A stretch of 64,000 nucleotides of DNA from Spirochaetia bacterium (GTDB taxonomy: Bacteria > Spirochaetota > Spirochaetia > SZUA-6 > Bin103): contig CBDATQ010000001.1 of assembly GCA_965199955.1 (NCBI GenBank), forward strand, positions 1,248,001 to 1,312,000. The letters are read 5' to 3'. Position 1 is the stretch's first letter; each line of letters starts with the position of its first letter. This document shows positions 40,920 through 50,214 of the stretch, piece by piece. The position numbers were made by a program, and so were the translations under genes. The notes below the pieces were generated by a model. That model was not told the DNA's origin. It saw only the letters and a list, made by a program, of their open reading frames with translations, and ran no database searches.

Positions 40920-41354
40920 ATGATGGGTTCTGCCATGCTGCCGTTGCTGCTCGCATTCGTCGCCGTCATCGCGCTGTTCACGCTGGGGGTCCGCTGGGGG
41001 GTGGTGATCATCGGCAAGGTGCTCGGCCGTGTCGTCCACGAGCGGCATCAGAACGCGGAGTACATCACCAGCACCGGCCAGGTGCCGAAGGCGTGGACCA
41101 AGCCCTACTTCGATCAGATCGACGCGCTGCAGGCGAACGAAGACCTGGATCCGGCGGTGCGCGAGCGCCGCATCGCCCGGCTGGAGGCGCAGGCGAAGCG
41201 GCGCTCGCTCAAGGGGATTGACGACCTGCTGCGCTACTTCTCCCGAGCGCCGGTGTTTGCCGACGACTATTCCAGGCGAGTGCTCATGGAGGACCTCGAG
41301 TCCGCCAAGGGTACGTGGCTGGAGTACATGAACAAGGAGAAGAAGGAGAAGTAA
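40920..41354 (+). CDS. hypothetical protein with N-terminal membrane anchor
   Basis: Hydrophobic LPLLLAFVAVIALFTLGV..GVVII followed by a charged helical domain; host-like codon usage. Confidence 0.6.
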   Translation: MMGSAMLPLLLAFVAVIALFTLGVRWGVVIIGKVLGRVVHERHQNAEYITSTGQVPKAWTKPYFDQIDALQANEDLDPAVRERRIARLEAQAKRRSLKGIDDLLRYFSRAPVFADDYSRRVLMEDLESAKGTWLEYMNKEKKEK

Positions 41355-41363
41355 AGGCTGCGC

Positions 41364-42815
41364 TCAGCCCGGTTCCACGTAGTCCATGCCGGGAAGGCGA
41401 GGCCAGACGAACTGCTCCGGGGCGCCGGTCTTCCGTGACCACCGTGCGATCAGGTCGGTGGCGCGGCGCCGCTCGGCCATCTTCCGTTCCACCGCGTCCG
41501 GGTCCCAGCCGGCGAGCACGGCTGCCGTCAGCTCCCCGACGAGCGCCGCGCAGGCCCGGTCGCCGTTCCGGTCGGCCACCTCGTCCGGATCCTCGCGCAG
41601 GTTGAAGAGCTGCGGCCGGTGGCCGTGGTAGTAGACGAGCTTCCAGTCGCCGCGGCGGATCATCCGCGTCGTCCAACCCTCGTACACGCAGTACTCGCAG
41701 AAGGCCTGGTCCTCCCAGTCGGTCTGCCGGCCGCCGAGCAGGCCCAGCAGGCTGCGGCCGTGGGATCCGGGCAACGGCTCGGCGCCCAGAGCCTCCAGCA
41801 TCGTGGCGTTGAGGTCGAGCCCGCTGACCACGCGGTCGCACGCCACGCCCTCCGGCAGCCTGCCCGGCCACGACACGATCGCCGGGATGCGGGCCGACGC
41901 CTCGTATTGGCAGCGCTTCATCCACAGGTCGTGCTCGCCGGCCATGTCACCGTGGTCGGAGTGGTAGACAATGAGCGTGTTCTCCTCGAGTCCGTTCCGG
42001 CGCAGCGCCGCCAGGATGTCACCGATCAGCGCGTCCATCCGGTCGATCAGCGCCCAGTAGGCGGCCCGTGCCCTGAGGATGAGGTAGTCGGGGACGTCCT
42101 CGACGCCGCACAAGGTTCGCCACCAGGACTCGAACGGATGCAGCCGGTCGTCGAACGGCGTCCTCACGCGGGGCAGGGTGACGCGGTCGCGGTAGCGGTC
42201 GAAGTCGGCGCGGCGCGCGACGTAGGGAGCGTGCGGGAGGATAAACCCCACCGACAGGCAGAACGGCTCGTCGTTCACGCCGGCGCGCCAGCGGATCCCG
42301 AACCGGTTGAGGAAGTCGATGGTGGCCGCGGTCACGTCCTCGTCGTGCACCTGATAGCTGCTCTGTCCGGCGCCGGAGTTCTCGATTGCTGCGCACGCCT
42401 CCCCGGGCGTCTCTCCGTCGCCGGGATGGTTGGAGCCGTGGTCGCCGATCGGCCGCTCGGCGTAGCCGTGGAGCTGGTCGATGCCGACCGAGTGCATGCG
42501 GCCCATCAGCACGGGCCGGTAGCCGGCGGCGCCCATGGCGTGCGCGAAGGTGGGGTGGTCGCTGCCCAGGATGTGGTGGTTGGTCCACACGTCGATCTCG
42601 TGCGGGTACTTGCCGGTGAGCATCGCCATGCGCGACGGCACGCACACCGGTGACGGGCAGTAGGCGTTGGTGAAGGTCACGCCGCGGCTCGCCAGTCCGT
42701 CCAGGTGGGGAGTCTCCACCACGGGGTCGCCGTAACAGCCGGTCACGAACGGGTTGTGCTGATCGGAGTGGATGTAGAGCAGGTTGGGCCGTCGGCCAGA
42801 CGATGGGCTGGTCAT
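41364..42815 (-). CDS. sulfatase (choline-sulfatase-like)
   Basis: RPNLLYIHSDQH, CVPSR (CxPxR), GRMH, PHAPY, SDHGD, QLFNL.EDPDE. Confidence 0.92.
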   Translation of the reverse strand: MTSPSSGRRPNLLYIHSDQHNPFVTGCYGDPVVETPHLDGLASRGVTFTNAYCPSPVCVPSRMAMLTGKYPHEIDVWTNHHILGSDHPTFAHAMGAAGYRPVLMGRMHSVGIDQLHGYAERPIGDHGSNHPGDGETPGEACAAIENSGAGQSSYQVHDEDVTAATIDFLNRFGIRWRAGVNDEPFCLSVGFILPHAPYVARRADFDRYRDRVTLPRVRTPFDDRLHPFESWWRTLCGVEDVPDYLILRARAAYWALIDRMDALIGDILAALRRNGLEENTLIVYHSDHGDMAGEHDLWMKRCQYEASARIPAIVSWPGRLPEGVACDRVVSGLDLNATMLEALGAEPLPGSHGRSLLGLLGGRQTDWEDQAFCEYCVYEGWTTRMIRRGDWKLVYYHGHRPQLFNLREDPDEVADRNGDRACAALVGELTAAVLAGWDPDAVERKMAERRRATDLIARWSRKTGAPEQFVWPRLPGMDYVEPG

Positions 42816-42873
42816 GTTTTCATCCCGTTGACAGCCGTTTCGCGTTGACCGACTCGGAGTCATCCATCAGGCT

Positions 42874-43083
42874 GTGAAGACGAAGAATATCACAGTCTCT
42901 GTGAACGAGGATACGTATCACAGGGCGCGTATTCGCGCCGCGGAGCTCCATACCTCCGTTTCCGCGGTGGTGCGTGACTTCCTCATCACGTTCTCTGGCG
43001 AGGAGACCGACTACGAGCGCCGAAAACAGCTCGAGCGCAGCACGATCGAGTCGATCCGGCGCTTCGACGCCATCTGCTGGTAG
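42874..43083 (+). CDS. ribbon-helix-helix antitoxin-like protein, orphan (3' end probably truncated)
   Basis: KNITVSVNEDTYHRARIRAAE..TSVSAVVRDFL; no toxin ORF follows. Confidence 0.65.
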   Translation: MKTKNITVSVNEDTYHRARIRAAELHTSVSAVVRDFLITFSGEETDYERRKQLERSTIESIRRFDAICW

Positions 43084-43197
43084 GGAGCGGGCAGGGATGG
43101 GCTCGGTGACCGAGGCGAGCCGCCCGGCCTCGGTATAGCGCCCGAAGACCGACATCGGGACGATAGCAGGCGACTACCGCCGCAATCGGGGGAGCGC

Positions 43198-44214
43198 ATG
43201 AAGACCAGGCAGTTGACCGTCGTCGAGCCCGGCCGGATCGAGCTGCAGGAGCTCGACCTGGACGCAGCGCTCGAGCCGCACGAAGCGCTGGTGGAGGCCG
43301 AGTACTCCATCGTCAGTGCCGGCACCGAGGGGGCCGGCTTTACCGGCCTGGTGCGGGAAATGCCGTTCGGCGACGGGGGCACGTATCCCCGCGGCACCGG
43401 CTACGGCCATCTGGGCCGGGTTCGGGAGGTGGGATCGGCGGTGGAGATGTGCCGTGAGGGAGACCGGGTGCTGTCCTTCTCCCGGCATGCATCGCTGGTC
43501 AAGGCGGACGCCGGCCGCATGGCGCTGCCGGCGCCCGAGGACGCTCCCGGCAGCCACCTGGTGTTTGCCCGCATGGCCGGGGTGAGCATCTCCGCGCTGC
43601 GCTCCTCCAGCGTGCAGCCGGGCGACACGGTGCTGGTGACCGGCATGGGGCTGGTCGGCAACTTGGCCGCGCAACTCTTCCTCATGGCCGGCGCCGACGT
43701 GATGGCGGCCGATCTCTCCGACTACCGTCTGGACAAGGCGCGAGCCTGCGGCATCGAGCGCACGGTGAACCCCGGCGTGGACGACCTGCAGGACGCGGTG
43801 CTTGAGTGGACGGCCGGCGAGGGCGTGCACGTCGCCGTGGAGGCGATCGGCATCAGCGAGGTGGTGGAGCAGGCGGTGATGGCCACCCGGCGCCACGGTG
43901 AAGTGATCCTGCTCGGCAGCCCGCGCGCCCGCGCCACCTTCGACGTGACGCCCATGCTGCTGCGCATCCACCTGGAGGCGATCCGGATGATCGGATCGCT
44001 GGAGTGGCGCTGGCCGGCGCACCCCGCCGAACGGGTACGAGACGTGGAGACCAACTACCGCCGGCTGGTCGAGTGGATCGCCGCCGGCCGGCTGCTGGTA
44101 GAACCGCTGATCGACCGCGTGGCTTCGCCCGCCGACTGCCAGGCGGTCTACGAAGGGCTCACCGGCCGCAAGGACGGTTATCTGGGCGCGGTGTTCGACT
44201 GGGGCTTGCTTTGA
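43198..44214 (+). CDS. MDR/zinc-type alcohol dehydrogenase-like oxidoreductase
   Basis: SIVSAGTE, YP...GY, G.GLVG.LAAQ, EAIG, VFDW. Confidence 0.85.
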   Translation: MKTRQLTVVEPGRIELQELDLDAALEPHEALVEAEYSIVSAGTEGAGFTGLVREMPFGDGGTYPRGTGYGHLGRVREVGSAVEMCREGDRVLSFSRHASLVKADAGRMALPAPEDAPGSHLVFARMAGVSISALRSSSVQPGDTVLVTGMGLVGNLAAQLFLMAGADVMAADLSDYRLDKARACGIERTVNPGVDDLQDAVLEWTAGEGVHVAVEAIGISEVVEQAVMATRRHGEVILLGSPRARATFDVTPMLLRIHLEAIRMIGSLEWRWPAHPAERVRDVETNYRRLVEWIAAGRLLVEPLIDRVASPADCQAVYEGLTGRKDGYLGAVFDWGLL

Positions 44215-44277
44215 GGAACACTCGACGATCTCGTTGACAACCGTTGTGTTGAGGCGGATCGACGCGGCGTCGACACG

Positions 44278-45096
44278 TCAAGACGGCACTTCCTCGCCAA
44301 TGACCTGGGTGCGCTTCATCAGCCGGCGCTGATCGGCCGGAAAGGGCTCGCGGCGGTGCATGGTTGCGCGGTTGTCCCAAATAATCAGGTCGCTGGCGCG
44401 CCATTGGTGCGTCCACACGAAACGCGGCTCGGTCATGTGCGCGAACAGCCGGTCGAGCAGGGCGCGGCTTTCGCTTGGCTCCATCCCGACGATCGAGCGG
44501 GTCAGGTGCGGGCCGACGTACAGTGTCCGGCGGCCGGTCTCCGAGTGGGTGCGCACCACGGGGTGGTCTACCGGCTCGGGGGGATTCTGCTCCTCGACCG
44601 GGTGGCGATGGATGGCGCGCAGGCCTTGCACCCTGGTCTTGAGGTCGTTGTCCAGCGCCTCGTACGCCGCATAGCCGTTGCACCACTGGGTGGCGCCGCC
44701 TTCGGCGGGGACCTCCACCGCGTACAGCAGGGACAGGGTGCCGGGCCGGCGCAGGTAGGACAGGTCGGAGTGGAAGCTGAGCTCGCCGTGGCCCAGGGCG
44801 CCGATCGGCTGGCCGTTCTCCTCGATGTTGGAGATCAGGAAGATTTCCTTGACCGGGCGGTCGGGCTGGCGGCGGACATGCTCGACGGGGTTGCCGAAGT
44901 AGCCGGTGAAGCGGACCTGGTCCGCCTCGCTGATGGCCTGGTCGCGGAACACCAGAACGCAGTGGTCGAGAATGGCGCTGCGGAGCCGGCCCACGGTCGC
45001 GGCGTCGAGCGCTTGGCGGAGGTCCAGGCCCCCGATCTCGGCGCCCAGGGCGCCGCCGGTTGGGATCACCTCGAATCGATCGGTCGTGTGGTTCAT
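44278..45096 (-). CDS. TauD/TfdA family 2OG dioxygenase
   Basis: LGAEI.GLDL, FHSDLSY, HPVVRTH.ETGR, WDNRATMHRR. Confidence 0.92.
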   Translation of the reverse strand: MNHTTDRFEVIPTGGALGAEIGGLDLRQALDAATVGRLRSAILDHCVLVFRDQAISEADQVRFTGYFGNPVEHVRRQPDRPVKEIFLISNIEENGQPIGALGHGELSFHSDLSYLRRPGTLSLLYAVEVPAEGGATQWCNGYAAYEALDNDLKTRVQGLRAIHRHPVEEQNPPEPVDHPVVRTHSETGRRTLYVGPHLTRSIVGMEPSESRALLDRLFAHMTEPRFVWTHQWRASDLIIWDNRATMHRREPFPADQRRLMKRTQVIGEEVPS

Positions 45097-45187
45097 GGCG
45101 TGGGCGCAGGCCGCGCGACGAGCCTACTCCGATCGGGCGCTGCCGGCCATTCCGCAGGCGCCGGCCGTGTGAGACAGTTCTCGAACT

Positions 45188-45997
45188 GTGACCGAGGCTC
45201 CGCGGTTCCTGTCCGCCGGCGAGGTGGCGCAGTTCGACGCGCTGGGGGTCGTGGTACGCCGCGGCGCCCTCGGCCCGGTCGAGATCGACGCCGCGCTGCA
45301 CGAGATGGAGTCGGTGTGCGGGGAGGTCCTGGGCCATGCTCCGGGCGACGGCGACGTGGTCTGGGAGTCGCCGTTCGTGGAGCGGAGCGGCGCGCTCGCT
45401 GACCTGGTCGCCGACGACCGCATCTACCAGGCGGTCTGCGACCTGCTGGGCGATGACGTGTTGTGGGAGGGCTCCGAGGGCATGTGGGGCTTCGACGACC
45501 TTGCCGATCACGACTGGCACGCGGACGGCGGCTGGCTCCCGGAGCAGATGGAGCCGTACCGGCTCAAGGTGATGCTCTACCTGGATCCGCTGCGCCGCGA
45601 CACGGGCGCGCTGCGCATCATCCCGGGGTCGCACCGGGCGCTGCTGCACGAGTCGCTGCTGCCGTTCCACGAGGAGACCAGGGCCGACGGCGACCGGCGG
45701 TACTTCGGCCAGCGCGGCGAAGACGTTCCCGCGTACGCGATCGAGACCGATCCCGGAGACGTGGTGTTCTTCAACAACTGGCTGTTCCACTCCGTCTACG
45801 GCAAGGTCCATCCGCGGCGGTCGATCATCCTCAAGTTCGCGCGCATGCCCGGCAACGACCGGCATCGGGCCGAGTTGCGCGGCGTACCGCGCGTGCGCGC
45901 CGCCAACGAGTTGCTGGCACGGCACGGCACCGCGCGCATCCGGGCGCTGACCGGGCGGCTGCCCGACTACGCCGGCACGGAGGCCCCGGTCAACTAA
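45188..45997 (+). CDS. PhyH family Fe(II)/2OG dioxygenase
   Basis: WHAD, YLDPL...GALRIIPGSH, PGDVVFF...LFHS. Confidence 0.88.
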   Translation: MTEAPRFLSAGEVAQFDALGVVVRRGALGPVEIDAALHEMESVCGEVLGHAPGDGDVVWESPFVERSGALADLVADDRIYQAVCDLLGDDVLWEGSEGMWGFDDLADHDWHADGGWLPEQMEPYRLKVMLYLDPLRRDTGALRIIPGSHRALLHESLLPFHEETRADGDRRYFGQRGEDVPAYAIETDPGDVVFFNNWLFHSVYGKVHPRRSIILKFARMPGNDRHRAELRGVPRVRAANELLARHGTARIRALTGRLPDYAGTEAPVN

Positions 45998-47715
45998 GAG
46001 ACCAGCGCGTCGCCTGAATGCGCGGCTTCAGGTCGGGCGGGGCGATCTGGTAATAGACGGTCAGCAGCTCGCCCGGAGCCAGCTCCACGCTGGCGGGGTA
46101 GCCCAGGTCCCAGGTGGCCGGCCAGGGAAGCTCCATGTCCGGGGCGTCGTCGCGCAGCACGATCTCGTTGCCGGTGTCCCAGCTCGCGCCGCCGTCGTGG
46201 CTGAGGCAGGCGCGGTGGCCCATCGGCGGCACGCGCCGCCCGTAGGTGGCGAGCAGCGCTCCGCTCTCGAGCGGCAGCAGGTGCGCCGGATATCCCAGGA
46301 TGGCCGTCGCGTGCGCATCGGTCCAGGTGCGGCCGCCGTCCTCGCTCCCGGTCTGGCGCAGGTAGCGGTGCTCGGTAAGCTGCTCCGGCTGGTAGCGCCA
46401 CAGGCAGACCAGGCGGCCGTCGGGCAGCTCGGCGGGGTGCGATCGCCAGCGCCGGCACCTCGCTGCCGTGGATGCCCCATACCTCGCGGCTGCGGTTCTC
46501 CGCCGAGACCGAGTTGAAGGGCGTGTCCAGGTGGTGGTCGGAGTGCTACTTCGTGTCGCCCACGTAGTAGTTGCCGTCGCTGGCGGCGTAGTTGTAGTCG
46601 CAGCCCAGGATGGATGCCACCGGTCCGGCGATGCGCGGATCGTCGATCAGGCCGGACAGGTACTCGCTGCGGTCGGCGAAGGTCGCCACCAGGTAGAAGC
46701 AGCACAGCAGCACGCCGGACACCACCGCGGCCTTGTGGCGGAGGAAGCGGATGCGCGTGAGCCGCCGCTGCGAGTACAGCGCCTCCTGCCGTTCGTCCTC
46801 CGCGGCTGCCTGGTCGGCGCGGACGGGTGCCTCCGCCATCATCGCGCCCTCACCCGAATCCGGGGGGTCGATCCACAACAACACCAGGTCGGACAGGAAG
46901 GTCCCGATCACGGTGAGGATGCTCACCATCAGCAGGATGTTGCCGGCCAGCAGCATGGCTCACGTTGGCGCCGAACGACTCCAACTCGCGGACGTAGCTG
47001 TCCACGAAGTCGCCTTCGGGGAGCTGGATGATCAGGAAGGTGAGCATCGAGATGACCACGACGGTCACCACCGCCATCAGCAGGCGGCGGACGACGTAGC
47101 TCGTCATCGATCACTCACGGCACGTCAAGAACGCCGGGGCGGGTGCGCCCCGCCCCGGCGCCAAACGGTCGATCGCTACCTGTCCTTGGGCGATGCCCAG
47201 TACCACAACTCCGGGTGAGAGGAGCCGGGATAGCGGCACTTGCCGTCGACGCACCAGCTTCCGGCCGCGTTGGCCAACTGGTTGTTGAGCACGCGCGGGT
47301 GGTACCACACCTGCCCGGCGATGCCGATCGTCCAGACCTCGTCGATCAGGATGCTCCAGATCTCCTTGCCGAGCTCGTAGCGCTCCTCGGCAGGGACTTC
47401 GCGGCCCTTGTCGTAGAGCTCCCACACCTTCAGGACGTCCGCCGCGGTCTCGGGGTCGGGAGCCTCGCCCTTCTCGCCACCGGTCTCGTAGTAGACGCCT
47501 CAGAGCTGCCCGTTGGTGGCGATGTGGTCACCGGCAGGCCGGCGGCCGGGGCGCCGCCGCCCCAGAAGTCCTCGGAGCCCCAGGAGAACTGGTATTGGTT
47601 GTTCGCCCGCCACTGGCTCGCCTGCTCGTTCGCCATCACCGACAGGTTGATGTCCAGGTCCAGTTCCTTCATCTCCTCGACGAAGATCTCGGTCTGGCCT
47701 ACAGTCCCGACGAGC
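45994..47715 (-). pseudogene. collapsed operon remnant: SBP(family 5)-OppB-OppC-PhyH-sialidase/BNR fragments
   Basis: In order on the minus strand: SBP C-terminus (frameshift plus TGA), OppB N- and C-termini joined, OppC N-terminus, PhyH middle (TK*HSD), BNR C-terminus with two Asp-boxes SEDGGRTW and SHDGGASW. Confidence 0.8.
47132..47160. other. GC-rich hairpin between SBP and permease remnants
   Basis: CGCCGGGGCGGG-tgcgc-CCCGCCCCGGCG, perfect 12-bp stem, no U-tract. Confidence 0.6.
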
Positions 47716-47725
47716 GCGAACTGAA

Positions 47726-48250
47726 ATGAGATCGTCGCGAGTCATACTCCTGAACGGACCGAGCAGTTCGGGAAAGACGACCCTGGGGCGCGCCGTGCAG
47801 TTGGCACTGGGCTCGCCGTTCTTCTATTGGTCTTCCGATCAACTTGTCGATGCGGACGTTCTGCCGTCCGTAGATCGCACGGCGAAGACCGGGGAGTGGT
47901 CGTGGCGGACCATCAGGCCGCGCTTCTTCGACGGATTCCACCGCTGTGCCGCGGCAATCGCCGATGCCGGCAACGACCTCGTGACGTTGCTCCGCCATCA
48001 CTCGGTGTTCTTCGTCGGCGTGCATTGTGAGATCGGCGAGTTGGAACGAAGAGAGCAGCTTCGGGGCGATCGCAAAGTCGGCGAGGGCCGCTTGCATCTG
48101 GAGGATGGCGTGCACACGTGGGGCCGCTACGACATCGAGGTCGATACCTCCCGCTTGTCCCGAGACGGAGCGAGAGACAGAGTGGTCGAGGGCTTTCGGC
48201 GCCATGATCCCGCGCGTAGTGCATTCCGGTCGGCATGTATCGGCTCCTGA
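47726..48250 (+). CDS. chloramphenicol phosphotransferase-like P-loop kinase (possibly internally deleted)
   Basis: VILLNGPSSSGKTT, FFVGVHC...LERRE..RGDR..G, YDIEVDT; the usual DxV segment after GNDLV appears absent. Confidence 0.75.
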   Translation: MRSSRVILLNGPSSSGKTTLGRAVQLALGSPFFYWSSDQLVDADVLPSVDRTAKTGEWSWRTIRPRFFDGFHRCAAAIADAGNDLVTLLRHHSVFFVGVHCEIGELERREQLRGDRKVGEGRLHLEDGVHTWGRYDIEVDTSRLSRDGARDRVVEGFRRHDPARSAFRSACIGS

Positions 48251-49554
48251 AAGCACACGAATCCGATCCCGTGCGCGTCGCCGTGATAGGCGCAGGCAAG
48301 TTCTCCTCCATGTTCCTGGCACAGGTGCGCACCGCGCCGGGCATGCGCGTCGTGGGGGTGTGCGATCTGGCCCCGGAGCGGGCGAAAGCAACACTGCGGC
48401 GGTCGGGTTGGAGCGCGGAGGAAATCGCGGCGATCGGCTTGTACCCGGACGCGGACAGCGTGATCGGCCATGACGATCCCGAGGTGGTGGTCGAGGCGAC
48501 CGGCGATCCGGTCGCCGGGGTGCGCCACGCGCTGGCCTGCATCGCGGCCGGCCGGCACGTGGTCATGGTCAACGTGGAGGCGGACGTGCTGGCCGGGCCG
48601 TTGCTGGCTCGCCGCGCGGCTCAGGCCGGGACCGTGTACTCGCTGGCCTACGGCGATCAGCCGGCCCTGATCGTGGAGCTGGTCGACTGGGCGCGGACCT
48701 GCGGCTTCGAGGTCGTATGCGCCGGCAAGGGCACCAGGTACCTGCCGGCCTTCCACGCCTCCACGCCGGACACCGTCTGGCGGCACTACGGGATCAGCCC
48801 GGAGCGTGCCGCGAGCGGCGGCATGAACGCCAGGATGTTCAACTCCTTCCTGGACGGCACCAAGTCGGCGATCGAGATGGCCGCGGTGGCGAACGCGACC
48901 GGGCTGCAGCCGGCGGCCGGCGGGCTGCGCTTTCCGCCGTGCGGGAGCGACGATCTGGCCGAGACGCTGAAACCGGCCGGCGACGGCGGAACGCTGTCGC
49001 ACCTGGGAACCGTGGAGGTGGTCTCGTCACTGCGGCGTGACGGCAGTCCGGTCGAGCGCGATCTGCGCTGGGGCGTGTACGTGACGTTCGCCGCCCCGTC
49101 GGACTATGCGGCGTCCTGCTTCGGCGAGTACGGCGTCCCCACCGATCGGAGCGGCCGGTACGCGGCGCTGTATCGGCCCGCGCACCTGATCGGTATGGAG
49201 CTCGGCATCAGCATCGCCTCCGCGGCGCTGCGCGGCGAGCCGACCGGCGCTCCCGACCGCTTCTCCGCCGACGTGGTGGCGGTCGCCAAGCGCGACCTCC
49301 GCGCAGGAGAGGTGCTGGACGGGGAGGGCGGCTCGACCGTCTGGGGACGCCTGATGCCGGCCGCCGACTCCCTGGCGGCGGATTCCCTTCCGATCGGCCT
49401 GGCGGCCGGCGCCGCCCTCAAGCGGCCAATCGCGGCCGGCGAGACGGTCGCGCGCGTCGACGTGGAACTGCAGGTTCCTGCCGACGTCCTGGAGATCCGA
49501 AGGGAGATGGAGCGCCGGGCTCTGCCTGAGCCACGTGGGTTACGAAGCACCTGA
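48235..49554 (+). CDS. homoserine dehydrogenase-like NAD(P)-binding protein with C-terminal SAF domain
   Basis: VIGAGKF, VNVEAD, GDQP, FLDGTKS, AKRDL.AGEVLDGEGG, LPIGLA. Confidence 0.88.
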   Translation: MYRLLKAHESDPVRVAVIGAGKFSSMFLAQVRTAPGMRVVGVCDLAPERAKATLRRSGWSAEEIAAIGLYPDADSVIGHDDPEVVVEATGDPVAGVRHALACIAAGRHVVMVNVEADVLAGPLLARRAAQAGTVYSLAYGDQPALIVELVDWARTCGFEVVCAGKGTRYLPAFHASTPDTVWRHYGISPERAASGGMNARMFNSFLDGTKSAIEMAAVANATGLQPAAGGLRFPPCGSDDLAETLKPAGDGGTLSHLGTVEVVSSLRRDGSPVERDLRWGVYVTFAAPSDYAASCFGEYGVPTDRSGRYAALYRPAHLIGMELGISIASAALRGEPTGAPDRFSADVVAVAKRDLRAGEVLDGEGGSTVWGRLMPAADSLAADSLPIGLAAGAALKRPIAAGETVARVDVELQVPADVLEIRREMERRALPEPRGLRST

Positions 49555-50085
49555 CGGCAGGCGCCGGGTCCGTCCGATCGGAAGCCGCCGCAGCCTGATC
49601 CGGCTGGATTCAAAGACAGTCAGAGCCCTGGCTGGGAGGTCAGCCTCGACCGCGCTGAGATTGGCGAGAAGGATGCGGCTCAAGCTCGCGGCGCTGCGAT
49701 CCGGCATGTGGCGGAAGAGAATCACCGAGGGCTTTGCCGAATCCCTCATGGCGAGCAGCGTGCCGAAGTCGGTGTCCTCCGAGATCAGTATCCGATCCTC
49801 TCGCTCCGCGAGTTCGAAGCGTACGGGATCTTCAGCGGACTGCAGCCCGCGTTCGCGCACGTGCAAAGCATCATGACCGCTTCGCGGCGGCCGACGGCGA
49901 TCCGCAGTTCGCTGCCAGTCGTGATAGTAGGGGTGGAAGGAGCTGCGCAGCAGCTTGAGCAGGGCGATGCTGAGCCGCCACGCGGCGGCTACGAGCCAGT
50001 GCGGCCGCGGAACTACCACCGCGTACAGGCGCTGTGCGCGCTCCATCGATACCGCCAGTAGCGGGTCGATCTCCGGGTAGCAACG
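49540..50085 (-). pseudogene. chimera: methyltransferase-like fragment joined to 5'-truncated DUF5615 PIN-like toxin
   Basis: GHDALHVRERGL.SAED...AEREDRILISEDTDFG...RIRLRRLPI lacks the N-terminal MxFLxDE; preceded by unrelated CYP..D.LL..S..RA.RLY..V.PR. Confidence 0.65.
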
Positions 50086-50214
50086 CGGCGCGCGACGCGC
50101 GGGGCCTGGCGCGTGAAGAAGGGATCGGTTCCGGGGCAAGCCCCACCGCGACTCCGTCGCCGCTCCGGGTCTTCGCGGCCAGGTGCGGACGAGCAGCCAC
50201 AGGCCATGCGCGCA

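Noticed and set aside
47726..48250. Chloramphenicol resistance gene
   Set aside because: Only family-level P-loop similarity; it appears to lack an internal segment, and the substrate cannot be inferred.
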